Under the pieces are notes generated by a model. The model saw only the letters and a list, made by a program, of their open reading frames with translations, did no database searches and was not told where the DNA came from. A DNA stretch of 34,227 nt from Thermomicrobiales bacterium (GTDB lineage Bacteria > Chloroflexota > Chloroflexia > Thermomicrobiales > JALYUS01). Each line of letters begins with the position of its first letter. Within the stretch, counting starts at the first letter, position 1. The stretch lies in assembly GCA_051002645.1 (NCBI GenBank), contig JBPCMC010000270.1, positions 1 through 34,227 of the forward strand, given 5' to 3'. Shown one piece after another: positions 1-7,819 of the stretch. Both the position numbers and the translations under genes were made by a program.

Positions 1-54
1 AACTTCATCGGCGACGGCCTGCGCGACGCGCTCGACCCGCGCATGAACATCTGA
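1..54 (+). CDS. C-terminal end of peptide/nickel ABC transporter permease (OppC/DppC family), partial
   Basis: Frame +1 reads NFIGDGLRDALDPRMNI*. GDGLRDALDP is the typical OppC/DppC C-terminus. The TGA overlaps the next ATG (TGATG). Confidence 0.85.
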   Translation, partial: NFIGDGLRDALDPRMNI

Positions 55-1049
55 TGACGATAGAGACTGGTGAGCGGCAGCGGCAGCAGCAATGGTGGCA
101 CGCGCGACGGGCGGGAGAGATCGTGCCAGTCCACCTCACCCACGGCAATGCCCGCGCGACGGCGTATGCCGCGACGGGCAGTGCGGATGGCCCGATGCTC
201 ACCGTCCTCGGTGCGGTGCATGGCGACGAGTACGAGGGCCCGGTCGCCATCGCGGAACTGCTCCATGCGCTGACGACCCGTTCGATCACCGGTACCCTGA
301 TTGCCGTCCCGGTCGTCAATGCACCCGCCTACGACGCGGGACGCCGCGCGAGCCCACGAGACGATAAAGACCTCGCGCGCTGCTTTCCCGGCGACTCAAG
401 CGGGACAGCGAGCGAGCAGTTGGCGCACCTGATCGCCACGGAATGTATCGCGCCCGCTGATGCGCTCATCGACCTGCACAGCGGCGGTGTCGCGCTCGAT
501 GGCGCGCTGCTCGTCGGCTTTACCGCGACGGACGACACTGCTGGCGCACGATCGCGCGAACTCGCCTCCGCATTCGGCGCGCCGGTGATCTGGGAGCACC
601 CGCCTCCGATACCGCCGGGCCGCACCGGGTCCTTCGCGCTCGACCGGGGCATTCCCTTCATCTATACGGAAGCGACGGGCGGCGGACAGGCGGATCGCAC
701 GACCGTCACATGCTTCGTTGAGGGCGTGCAGCGGGTGATGGTCGCGATGGGGATGCTCCCCGGCGACGCGCCCGCGCCGCGTCATCGCGACTACTGGCGC
801 GGCGGAGGAAACACGGACACGATGGTTGCCGCCCGTATCGATGGGCTTTTCCGCGCCTCTGCCCGCGCCGGAGACGTGGTCACAGCGGGCACACCGGTCG
901 GTGAGATCATCGACGCACACGGCACGGTCATCGAACGCCTCCTCGCCCCGCACGCGGGCGTCCTCCCCTTCATCCGCCGCATCCCCCGCGTGCGCCCCGG
1001 CGACGGCCTCTACATGCTGACCCAACGCGTCGAAGAAGCGCTGCCCTGA
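54..1049 (+). CDS. Succinylglutamate desuccinylase/aspartoacylase family (M14-like) metallohydrolase
   Basis: Motifs GAVHGDE, DLARCFPG, IDLHSGG and a YTE catalytic Glu; C-terminal hybrid (biotinyl-like) domain. Confidence 0.88.
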   Translation: MTIETGERQRQQQWWHARRAGEIVPVHLTHGNARATAYAATGSADGPMLTVLGAVHGDEYEGPVAIAELLHALTTRSITGTLIAVPVVNAPAYDAGRRASPRDDKDLARCFPGDSSGTASEQLAHLIATECIAPADALIDLHSGGVALDGALLVGFTATDDTAGARSRELASAFGAPVIWEHPPPIPPGRTGSFALDRGIPFIYTEATGGGQADRTTVTCFVEGVQRVMVAMGMLPGDAPAPRHRDYWRGGGNTDTMVAARIDGLFRASARAGDVVTAGTPVGEIIDAHGTVIERLLAPHAGVLPFIRRIPRVRPGDGLYMLTQRVEEALP

Positions 1050-1058
1050 CGCGGGGGA

Positions 1059-1100
1059 CCTCACCCCCCGGCCCCCTCTCCATCGCAACGGAGAGGGGGA
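1059..1100 (+). repeat. Family A palindromic repeat (CCTCACCCC..CCCTCTCC-loop-GGAGAGGG)
   Basis: cctcaccccccggccccctctccatcgcaacggagaggggga, starting 10 nt after the stop. Related copies at 2388, 5884, 5978, 8866, 18961, 22097 and two within 26176-26267. Confidence 0.9.
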
Positions 1101-1210
1101 GCAATACAGAGCGCATCGAGCCAAGACATGCTCGGTGTCTGTTTGCAGTGACGTTGGCAACAACGCACATAGGTACGAGCAGGTCGATTACGTCCTCAAT
1201 CATCTCTGGA

Positions 1211-1268
1211 CGAATTCAGCGAATTCAGCGATTTCGCTATTGATTTTCGATTTCAGGTGCTTTAAAGT
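1211..1268 (+). promoter_or_regulatory. Putative sigma70 promoter (TTGATT-N17-TAAAGT) overlapped by CGAWTTCAG direct repeats
   Basis: -35 at 1240-1245, -10 at 1263-1268. Repeats cgaattcag 1211-1219 and 1220-1228, cgatttcgc 1229-1237, cgatttcag 1248-1256. Confidence 0.55.
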
Positions 1269-1318
1269 GGATCCATCGATGCCGCAACCTGTTTATGGAC
1301 ACGATAGGAGATGCGACC

Positions 1319-2260
1319 GTGGATCACGTCGAGCCCACCGAGACGGTTATGACAGAGGAAGCGATGCCGAGGTCTGACGCCCCAAGCCCCCGTGCACAGG
1401 CTTTGCGCGACGAGTTGTTCGGATCCGCGCTCACGGTCGACGAGGTCGCTCACGTCCTCGGCCTCGATCGCACTACGGTCGGCAAGTACCTGCGCGAGAA
1501 CGTGCTCTATGGCTTTCAGATCGGGCGAGAATGGCTCGTCTCCGAGGAGGAGCTCCGTGCCTACGTTACCCGGCTGAGTGCCAAGCAGTTCCGCATCGAC
1601 GACGACCGCTTTGCCAAGTTCACCGACCGTGCCATGAGCGCGTTCGCGCTGGCAAACGATGAAGCGCGCCGGTTTCACCACAACTATCTCGGCACCGAAC
1701 ATCTGCTCCTTGGGCTCATCCGCAATAGAGATGGTGTGGCGGGGCGTGCTCTCGCCAACCTTGGTGTGGAGTTGGATGCAGCCAGGCTGCGACTGACACT
1801 GATCATCGGCCATGGAAGCGGTACGCCAGGCGAACCGAAGATGACCTCACGACTGAGTAAAGTGGTCGATTTGGCCATCAATGAAGCGCTGGAGTTGCGT
1901 CACAACTACCTTGGCACGGAACACCTGCTGCTTGGCCTCCTACGGGAGGGCGAAGGGATCGCTGCCGGTATCCTCGAATCCTTGGGCTTCCCGCTGGAAA
2001 AGGTGCATGAGGGGCTGATGCTCATCCTGACGCAGACTCTCCCGAAGTCTACGACCGAGACCGATCAGGTCACGCACACGTTGCGGCTTCCGAAAGAGAT
2101 GTATGCAGCACTGTGGACGCGTGCTATGCAGGAAAAGCGCATGGTAGATGATCTCATCCGTGGGGCGATCGTGGGCATCATCGAACCGGTTCGTGAATCG
2201 CCTCGCCTCCAAGGGCAGGCCGAATCGGTGTCTGAGGATGAAGCGCCCGCGAATAGATGA
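1319..2260 (+). CDS. HTH (excisionase/HTH_17-like) + Clp N-terminal repeat domain + ribbon-helix-helix fusion; putative regulator
   Basis: LTVDEVAHVLGLDRTTVGKYLRE..GFQIGREWLV (HTH_17-like); two Clp_N repeats FTDRA..HNYLGTEHLLLGL and MTSRL..HNYLGTEHLLLGL; THTLRLPKEMYAALWTRAMQEKRMVDDLIRGAI (RHH-like). No AAA+ module. Start placed at GTG 1319 behind AGGAG (alternative ATG 1295). Confidence 0.82.
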   Translation: MDHVEPTETVMTEEAMPRSDAPSPRAQALRDELFGSALTVDEVAHVLGLDRTTVGKYLRENVLYGFQIGREWLVSEEELRAYVTRLSAKQFRIDDDRFAKFTDRAMSAFALANDEARRFHHNYLGTEHLLLGLIRNRDGVAGRALANLGVELDAARLRLTLIIGHGSGTPGEPKMTSRLSKVVDLAINEALELRHNYLGTEHLLLGLLREGEGIAAGILESLGFPLEKVHEGLMLILTQTLPKSTTETDQVTHTLRLPKEMYAALWTRAMQEKRMVDDLIRGAIVGIIEPVRESPRLQGQAESVSEDEAPANR

Positions 2261-2387
2261 GCGCCCGCAGATCCTGGCCATAGTATTGCCACGGCTACCG
2301 CAAACCCGCGCTGTATATACTCTGGCTAGGTGTGATACAGGGAGAGAAAAGTCATTCAAGGGAAGCCACGACATTCGACGCGAGTCA

Positions 2388-2425
2388 CCCCTCTCCATCG
2401 CGATGGAGAGGGGACGGGGGTGAGG
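2388..2425 (-). repeat. Family A palindromic repeat, inverted relative to the 1059 copy
   Basis: Perfect 26-bp palindrome cccctctccatcgcgatggagagggg (2388-2413) followed by acgggggtgagg. Confidence 0.9.
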
Positions 2426-2519
2426 TTCCCCGCTCGAACGCATATGCGTCCTTTCATGCTATCGTTGTGTCATGATCGAGACACGGCCCGCCGCGTCCGG
2501 CGACTCGGAGGAGGAGATT

Positions 2520-4505
2520 ATGGCCCAATCGCACAGCGCCGCGACGATGCCGGTCGGCCACGATGACGGCAGCGCGGAGATCGTCTGGCGTCCCACCGAC
2601 GAGTATATGCAGCGGAGCCGCCTGCGCCGCTTCATGGAGCGCGAGTGGATCGGTTCGTTCGATGAATTGCTGACGCGAGCGGCGGACGACGCGGCCTGGT
2701 TCTGGGATGCGACGGTCAAGGACCTCGACCTCCAATTCTACCGCCCGTACGATGCGGTGGTCGATCTCTCCACCGGCACGCCGTGGGCGACATGGTTCCC
2801 CGGCGGGCAGTACAACTACGGCCATAATGCGCTCGACAAGCACGCGACGGGCACGTTCGCCGGGAAGACGGCGGTGATCTGGGAGGGCGACGACGGCGAC
2901 AGTCGCCAGCTGACCTACCGCGCGCTCTGGGAGCAGACGAACCAACTGGCGGGCGCGCTCGCGACGCTCGGCGTCGGCAAGGGGGATCGCGTCGGCATCT
3001 TCATGCCGATGCTGCCGGAGACGGTAATGGCGACCTTCGCGGTCTCGAAACTGGGCGCGATCTACATCCCGATCTTCTCCGGCTACGGCGCGGAATCGGT
3101 CGCGACGCGGCTGCGGGATGCGGGCGCGAAAGTGCTGATTACGGCGGATGGCTTCTACCGCCGGGGCAAGGTTATTCCGCTCAAAGAGACCGCCGATGCC
3201 GCGATTGCGGACGTGGAGAGCATCGAGTCCGTCATCGTTTTCCGCCGGACGGGTGGCGATGTTCCCTTCACACCGGGCCGCGACTATTGGTGGCACGAGA
3301 TCGCCCCAAGTCAACCGACCGAGCGGGAGACCGAGCGGACGGATGCCGAAGACCCGTACATGATTATCTACACCTCGGGCACGACCGGCCGCCCAAAAGG
3401 CGCGTTGCACACGCACGACGGCTTCCCGATCAAGGCGACGCAGGACCTCGCGCACTGCTTCGATGTGCAGGAGGACGACACGCTGCTCTGGTTCACGGAC
3501 CTCGGCTGGATGATGGGGCCATGGGCGATCACCGGCACCCTGACACTGGGCGCGACGCTCGTCCTCTTCGAGGGCACACCGGACTGGCCGGGGCCCGAAC
3601 GCATCTGGTCGCTGATCGAGAAGTATCGCATCACCGTCTGCGGCGTCGCGCCGACCGTCGTGCGCGCGCTGATGGCGCAGGGCGACCGGTGGCCTGCGGG
3701 ACGCGATCTCTCCTCCCTGCGGGTGCTTGGCTCCAGCGGCGAGGCGTGGAATCCGGGGCCGTGGCAATGGTTCTTCGCGCAAATCGGCGGCGGCCGCTGC
3801 CCGATCATCAACTACTCCGGCGGCACGGAGATTTCCGGCGGCATCCTCAGCAGCTTCACCATCCTCCCCCTCAAATCAACCTGCTTCTCCGCGCCGGTAC
3901 CGGGAATGGCGGTGGATGTGGTGGACGATACCGGGAACCCGGTGCGCGGTGCGGTCGGCGAATTGGTGATCCGCAACGCCTGGCCGGGCATGACGCGCGG
4001 CTTCTGGCAGGACACCGCGCGCTACGAGGAGACCTACTGGTCGCGCATCCCCGGTCTCTGGGTGCATGGCGATTTTGCGCGTATCGACGCGGACGGCTTC
4101 TGGTACATTCTCGGTCGTTCGGATGACACGATCAAGGTGGCAGGCAAGCGCGTTGGCCCGGCGGAGATCGAGTCGGCGGCCGTTTCCCATCCGGCGGTGC
4201 AGGAGGCGGCGGCGATCAGCATCCCGCACGCCATCAAGGGTGAGACGATTGTCGCCTTCGTCGTGCTCCGGCCGGGTCACGCGCCGAGCGAACCGCTCCG
4301 GCAGGAGATCGAAGCGGAGATCACGAACCAACTCGGCAAGTCGCTCAAGCCAGAGGCGGTCAAATTCGTCACCGACCTGCCGAAGACACGCAACGCGAAA
4401 GTGATGCGCCGCGTCATCCGCGCCCGCTACCTCGACCTCCCATTGGGGGACATCACCGCCCTGGAAAACCCCGCTGCAGTGGAGGGTATTGCTCAGGCAC
4501 GTTGA
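2520..4505 (+). CDS. acsA: Acetyl-CoA synthetase / acetate-CoA ligase (AMP-forming)
   Basis: YTSGTTGRPKG AMP-binding motif, GRSDDTIKVAGKRVG, LPKTRNAKVMRR. GAGGAGGAG RBS before ATG 2520. Exact acyl substrate uncertain. Confidence 0.85.
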   Translation: MAQSHSAATMPVGHDDGSAEIVWRPTDEYMQRSRLRRFMEREWIGSFDELLTRAADDAAWFWDATVKDLDLQFYRPYDAVVDLSTGTPWATWFPGGQYNYGHNALDKHATGTFAGKTAVIWEGDDGDSRQLTYRALWEQTNQLAGALATLGVGKGDRVGIFMPMLPETVMATFAVSKLGAIYIPIFSGYGAESVATRLRDAGAKVLITADGFYRRGKVIPLKETADAAIADVESIESVIVFRRTGGDVPFTPGRDYWWHEIAPSQPTERETERTDAEDPYMIIYTSGTTGRPKGALHTHDGFPIKATQDLAHCFDVQEDDTLLWFTDLGWMMGPWAITGTLTLGATLVLFEGTPDWPGPERIWSLIEKYRITVCGVAPTVVRALMAQGDRWPAGRDLSSLRVLGSSGEAWNPGPWQWFFAQIGGGRCPIINYSGGTEISGGILSSFTILPLKSTCFSAPVPGMAVDVVDDTGNPVRGAVGELVIRNAWPGMTRGFWQDTARYEETYWSRIPGLWVHGDFARIDADGFWYILGRSDDTIKVAGKRVGPAEIESAAVSHPAVQEAAAISIPHAIKGETIVAFVVLRPGHAPSEPLRQEIEAEITNQLGKSLKPEAVKFVTDLPKTRNAKVMRRVIRARYLDLPLGDITALENPAAVEGIAQAR

Positions 4506-4516
4506 GAGCGGTTCGC

Positions 4517-4560
4517 GACGTTTAGTGGCGGCGGGCTTCAGTCCACCGCCACTAAACGTC
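4517..4560. repeat. Family B (GTGG/GTAG REP-like) hairpin, likely acting as acsA terminator/stabiliser
   Basis: Perfect 15-bp arms gacgtttagtggcgg / ccgccactaaacgtc; core gtggcggcgggcttcag shared with copies at 8806, 9503 and 17872. Confidence 0.75.
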
Positions 4561-4642
4561 ACCATGAGACGGTATAATGCGCACGACGCGCCGGGCAACG
4601 GTGCAGGTCTACGCCACCACCGAACGAGAGGCACATGCCGCG

Positions 4643-4837
4643 ATGAGACAAATCTTCCTTCTGCTCTGGATACTCTGGGTAAATATGCTCTGGATCTTCG
4701 GGGTCCCGTCGATCTATCTTCTGCGCCTCGGGGATTGGCGCGCCGGTGTTTCCGTCCCGTTGTTCCTCTTCACGCTCTACGCCGGGTGGCGCCTCTACCG
4801 GCGCACGCGGCGGGATTGGCAGCAGAGCAGTTGGTAG
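4643..4837 (+). CDS. Small two-helix membrane protein (64 aa), hypothetical
   Basis: Two hydrophobic segments and an Arg-rich tail (positive-inside pattern); TATAAT at 4573-4578 upstream. Confidence 0.6.
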   Translation: MRQIFLLLWILWVNMLWIFGVPSIYLLRLGDWRAGVSVPLFLFTLYAGWRLYRRTRRDWQQSSW

Positions 4838-5080
4838 CGCGGGCTGAAGCCCAATACAGTTAAGTGAAGCGCGAAGATGACGCATTCCGTAGGGGCGGTG
4901 CTCGAACCGCCCTCCGTTGCGAACCGATGCCTCGATGGATGGCGACGGACGCCGACAGGCCGGGGAGGGCGGTTCAAGCACCGCCCCTACGCAGGCGTTC
5001 TCGTTGCTGATCGCTGCGAAACTGAATCGCATTGGGCTTCGGCCTGCAAGGGGGATGCAGGCTGGAAAGCCTGCGCTACC
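4833..5080. repeat. Nested cluster of GTAG-type REPs including a REP doublet (REPIN-like)
   Basis: Inner arms cgtaggggcggtgctcgaaccgccctcc (4888-4915) and its inverse (4964-4991), 27/28 identical. Outer gcgggctgaagcccaat / attgggcttcggcctgc. GGTAG-led REPs at both ends. Confidence 0.85.
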
Positions 5081-5879
5081 GGTTTGATTGGCGTTGTCGG
5101 AGCATTTCGTAGAGCAGCACGCCGGCGGCGACGGCGAGGTTGAGCGAACTCGCGCCGCCGTGCATCGGGATGCGCACCGAGAGATCGCCCCGCTCCAAGA
5201 CGTCCGCCGGTAGGCCACGTCCCTCGTTGCCGAACAGGACGAGTGACGGGGCGGGGTAGGTGACCTCCCAGTGATCGTGCGCGGCGCGAGCCGAGGTTGT
5301 CACAATGCTGATCCGGTGGTCGGCGCACCATGCAAACATCTCGTCAATGGTCGCCGCGTGGACGATGGGGAGGCGAAACAGTGTCCCCACACTCGCCCGC
5401 ACCGCGCTCGGGTGATAGGGGTCCGTCGTGTCACCGATCAGCACGAAGCCGCTCCCGCCGACCGCATCGGCGGTGCGGATGATCGTGCCGAGGTTGCCGG
5501 GATTACCGATCTCGTGCAATGCGACGAAGAGCGCGGTCGGCGTGATCGGTAGCGTCTCGATACCGTGCCGCGCCATACGAATCACCGCCGCCAGCCCGGA
5601 CGGATTCTCGCGCGAGGCGATCCGCTCGAAGAGCGCTGCGGCAACCTCAGCGAACGGCGTGCCTGCCGCGCGTTGCTGCTCGACCATCGCGCGGGCAGGC
5701 GCACTCGTCAGCAAATCCGGCGCGACAACGAGCGTTTCGATTGCCGCGCCCGCCTCCACCGCCTGCCAGACCGCCTGGATACCCTCGACAAAGAACGCAC
5801 CGTGCTCCTCGCGCCCCTTGCGCTGCTCCAGCGCGCGGATGCGCTTAATGAGCGGGTTCGCGGCGCTCTCGATAGGCAC
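5076..5879 (-). CDS. TrmH/SpoU family RNA 2'-O-methyltransferase
   Basis: NPGNLGTIIRTADA, FGNEGRGL, IPMHGGASSLNLAVAAGVLLYE (SPOUT motifs); N-terminal substrate-binding domain. Confidence 0.93.
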   Translation of the reverse strand: MPIESAANPLIKRIRALEQRKGREEHGAFFVEGIQAVWQAVEAGAAIETLVVAPDLLTSAPARAMVEQQRAAGTPFAEVAAALFERIASRENPSGLAAVIRMARHGIETLPITPTALFVALHEIGNPGNLGTIIRTADAVGGSGFVLIGDTTDPYHPSAVRASVGTLFRLPIVHAATIDEMFAWCADHRISIVTTSARAAHDHWEVTYPAPSLVLFGNEGRGLPADVLERGDLSVRIPMHGGASSLNLAVAAGVLLYEMLRQRQSNR

Positions 5880-5883
5880 AATT

Positions 5884-6015
5884 CCTATCCCCCGGCCCCT
5901 TCCCTCGGAGGGAAGGGGTGACTCGCGTGGTGTGCCATGGCCTCTCTCATAATGCCTCGATATATCGGCGGCGTGCTCCCCCTTCCCTCGGAGGGAAGGG
6001 GGTTGGGGGGTTAGG
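5884..6015. repeat. Family A inverted doublet
   Basis: cctatcccccggccccttccctcggagggaagggg (5884-5918) and an inverted copy at 5978-6015. Confidence 0.9.
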
Positions 6016-7819
6016 AAGCCCCCATATGCTCGTCGAAGAACGCGATTGTGCGGTGCATTGCATCGACGACGTTTTCGACCTTGCGGAAGCCGTGGCCTTC
6101 GTCCATGTAGGCGTGGTAGCCGACGGTCTTGCCCGCCGCCAGCATCCGGTCCCGCATCTGCTCCGCCTCGGCGAGGGGCACGCGCGGGTCGCGCCCGCCC
6201 TGCAGGATGAGGAGCGGCCGCCGCACATCATCGATGAAGTTGATTGCCGAGCGGTCGTGATAGAGGGTCGGATTCTCGTCCGGCGTGCCGAGCTGCTGCA
6301 CGAGGTAAGGCAGGAGGTCGCCCTTGCGCGTCGTCTGGTGGAGCGTGCGCAGATTGGACATGCCGACGACCGACACCCCCGCCGCCCAGACATCGGGCGT
6401 CTTTGTCATCGCGATCAACGTCATGTAGCCGCCATAGGAGCCACCCGTCACGCCGATGCGCGCCGGATCGACCGCGCCGCTCTCCGCCAGCCATTGGTGG
6501 CCTGCGACGAGGTCGCGGAGGTCGCCGCCCCCCCAATCGCGGATATTCGCGTCGCGATATTCCTTGCCGTAGCCGGTGCTGCCCCGGTTGTTCGGCGCGA
6601 GCACCGCATAGCCGCGCGAGACGAAGAACTGAACCTGCACGCTCCAGCCGTTCATCGTCTGACCCGTCGGGCCGCCGTGGACGAGGATGATCGCGGGCGC
6701 ACGCTCGACACCACGCGGGCGATAGAACCACGCGGGGATCATCCGCCCGTCGAACGACGGATAGCGCACCAACTCCGGGCGTACAAGTGCGTCGCGCGCG
6801 ATCCCCTCCGGCAGACTCTCGGTCAACTGACGCGGCGCGCCGCCATCGAGCGGGATCGCCCAGATATCCGCCGGGTGCTGCGGGCCGTTGTAGATGCAAA
6901 TCAGCGTCGTGCCGTCCGCCGTCAGTTCCGGGTCGGTATGCGCGCCGTCCGGGAAGGCGGTCACTGCCCGCCGCTCACCGCTCGCAAGGTCGTGGACGAT
7001 GGGGATGAGGTTGCCGTCCCGATTCTCCAGATAGACTGCGGAGCGGCCATCATGGGAGAAGCCACCGCCGACGGTGTCATTCGTCGGCGGGGAGAGCGGC
7101 GTGACGGCGCCCGTCTTGGCATCAACGAGGATGACCTGCTGGAAGCCGCTGCTGTCGTCGGTGAAGAGGATGGTTGTCCCGTCGGGCGACCAGTGCGGCG
7201 CGGCGTTGTGGACACCGAAGGTGCCGAGTAAGCGTTCCGTGCCGCTTGACAGATCGAGAATGCCGAGTTCCGCGCGCATCTCCACCCCGGCAGGGACGCG
7301 GCGCGCGAAGGCGGCACGGCTGCCATCCGGCGACACCTTGACGGCGAGTTCGGAGTGCTCGCCGCGCGTCAGTTGCTGTGGCCGGCCGCCATCGACGCTG
7401 ACACGGTAGATATGGTATGGGCCGTCGCCGTTCGAGCCGAAGACGACGGTACGGCCGTCCGGCGTGAAGGAGGGCGAGCCGTCGACCGTCTCGGCATTGT
7501 CCGTGATGCGATGGGCGTCGCCGCCCGCTGCCGGGATCAGCAGCAGGTTGGTATTCTCATCGCCATCATGGTCCCGCCGGAAGAGAATCGACTGGCTGTC
7601 CGGCGTCCAGTCGGGCATCTGCGCGGCGTCCGCGTCATCCGTCAGTTGGCGCACCGCGCCGCCCGCGACCGGGACGACGCAGAGTTGGAACTGCCCGTCG
7701 CGGTTCCAGGTGAAGACCACCTGCGTGCCGTCCGGCGAAACCGCGATGGCGGTGCCGAGGCGCGGCCCGCGCAAGAGGATTTCCGGGTCGATGGTACGAG
7801 TCGTCGTCGCGTGCTGCAT
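6011..7819 (-). CDS. S9 family peptidase (acylaminoacyl/dipeptidyl peptidase) with PD40/TolB-like beta-propeller
   Basis: VHGGP, GGSYGG nucleophile, DPRV, EGHGF triad; repeated SPDG/TPDG propeller blades. ATG 7819 overlaps the upstream TAA. Confidence 0.93.
   Translation of the reverse strand: MQHATTTRTIDPEILLRGPRLGTAIAVSPDGTQVVFTWNRDGQFQLCVVPVAGGAVRQLTDDADAAQMPDWTPDSQSILFRRDHDGDENTNLLLIPAAGGDAHRITDNAETVDGSPSFTPDGRTVVFGSNGDGPYHIYRVSVDGGRPQQLTRGEHSELAVKVSPDGSRAAFARRVPAGVEMRAELGILDLSSGTERLLGTFGVHNAAPHWSPDGTTILFTDDSSGFQQVILVDAKTGAVTPLSPPTNDTVGGGFSHDGRSAVYLENRDGNLIPIVHDLASGERRAVTAFPDGAHTDPELTADGTTLICIYNGPQHPADIWAIPLDGGAPRQLTESLPEGIARDALVRPELVRYPSFDGRMIPAWFYRPRGVERAPAIILVHGGPTGQTMNGWSVQVQFFVSRGYAVLAPNNRGSTGYGKEYRDANIRDWGGGDLRDLVAGHQWLAESGAVDPARIGVTGGSYGGYMTLIAMTKTPDVWAAGVSVVGMSNLRTLHQTTRKGDLLPYLVQQLGTPDENPTLYHDRSAINFIDDVRRPLLILQGGRDPRVPLAEAEQMRDRMLAAGKTVGYHAYMDEGHGFRKVENVVDAMHRTIAFFDEHMGAS

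Noticed and set aside
72-92. CAG/CGG microsatellite at the start of the M14 gene as a phase-variation tract
   Set aside because: Short, imperfect and in multiples of three (RQRQQQ), so slippage would not shift the frame.
1295-2260. Truncated clpC pseudogene or prophage excisionase
   Set aside because: Intact ORF with its own promoter/RBS and different flanking domains; no AAA+ remnant, integrase or phage genes nearby.
2261-2387. Spacer after the regulator as a possible sRNA or riboswitch
   Set aside because: Contains TATACT but no recognisable riboswitch consensus or convincing structure; cannot be supported without an Rfam search.
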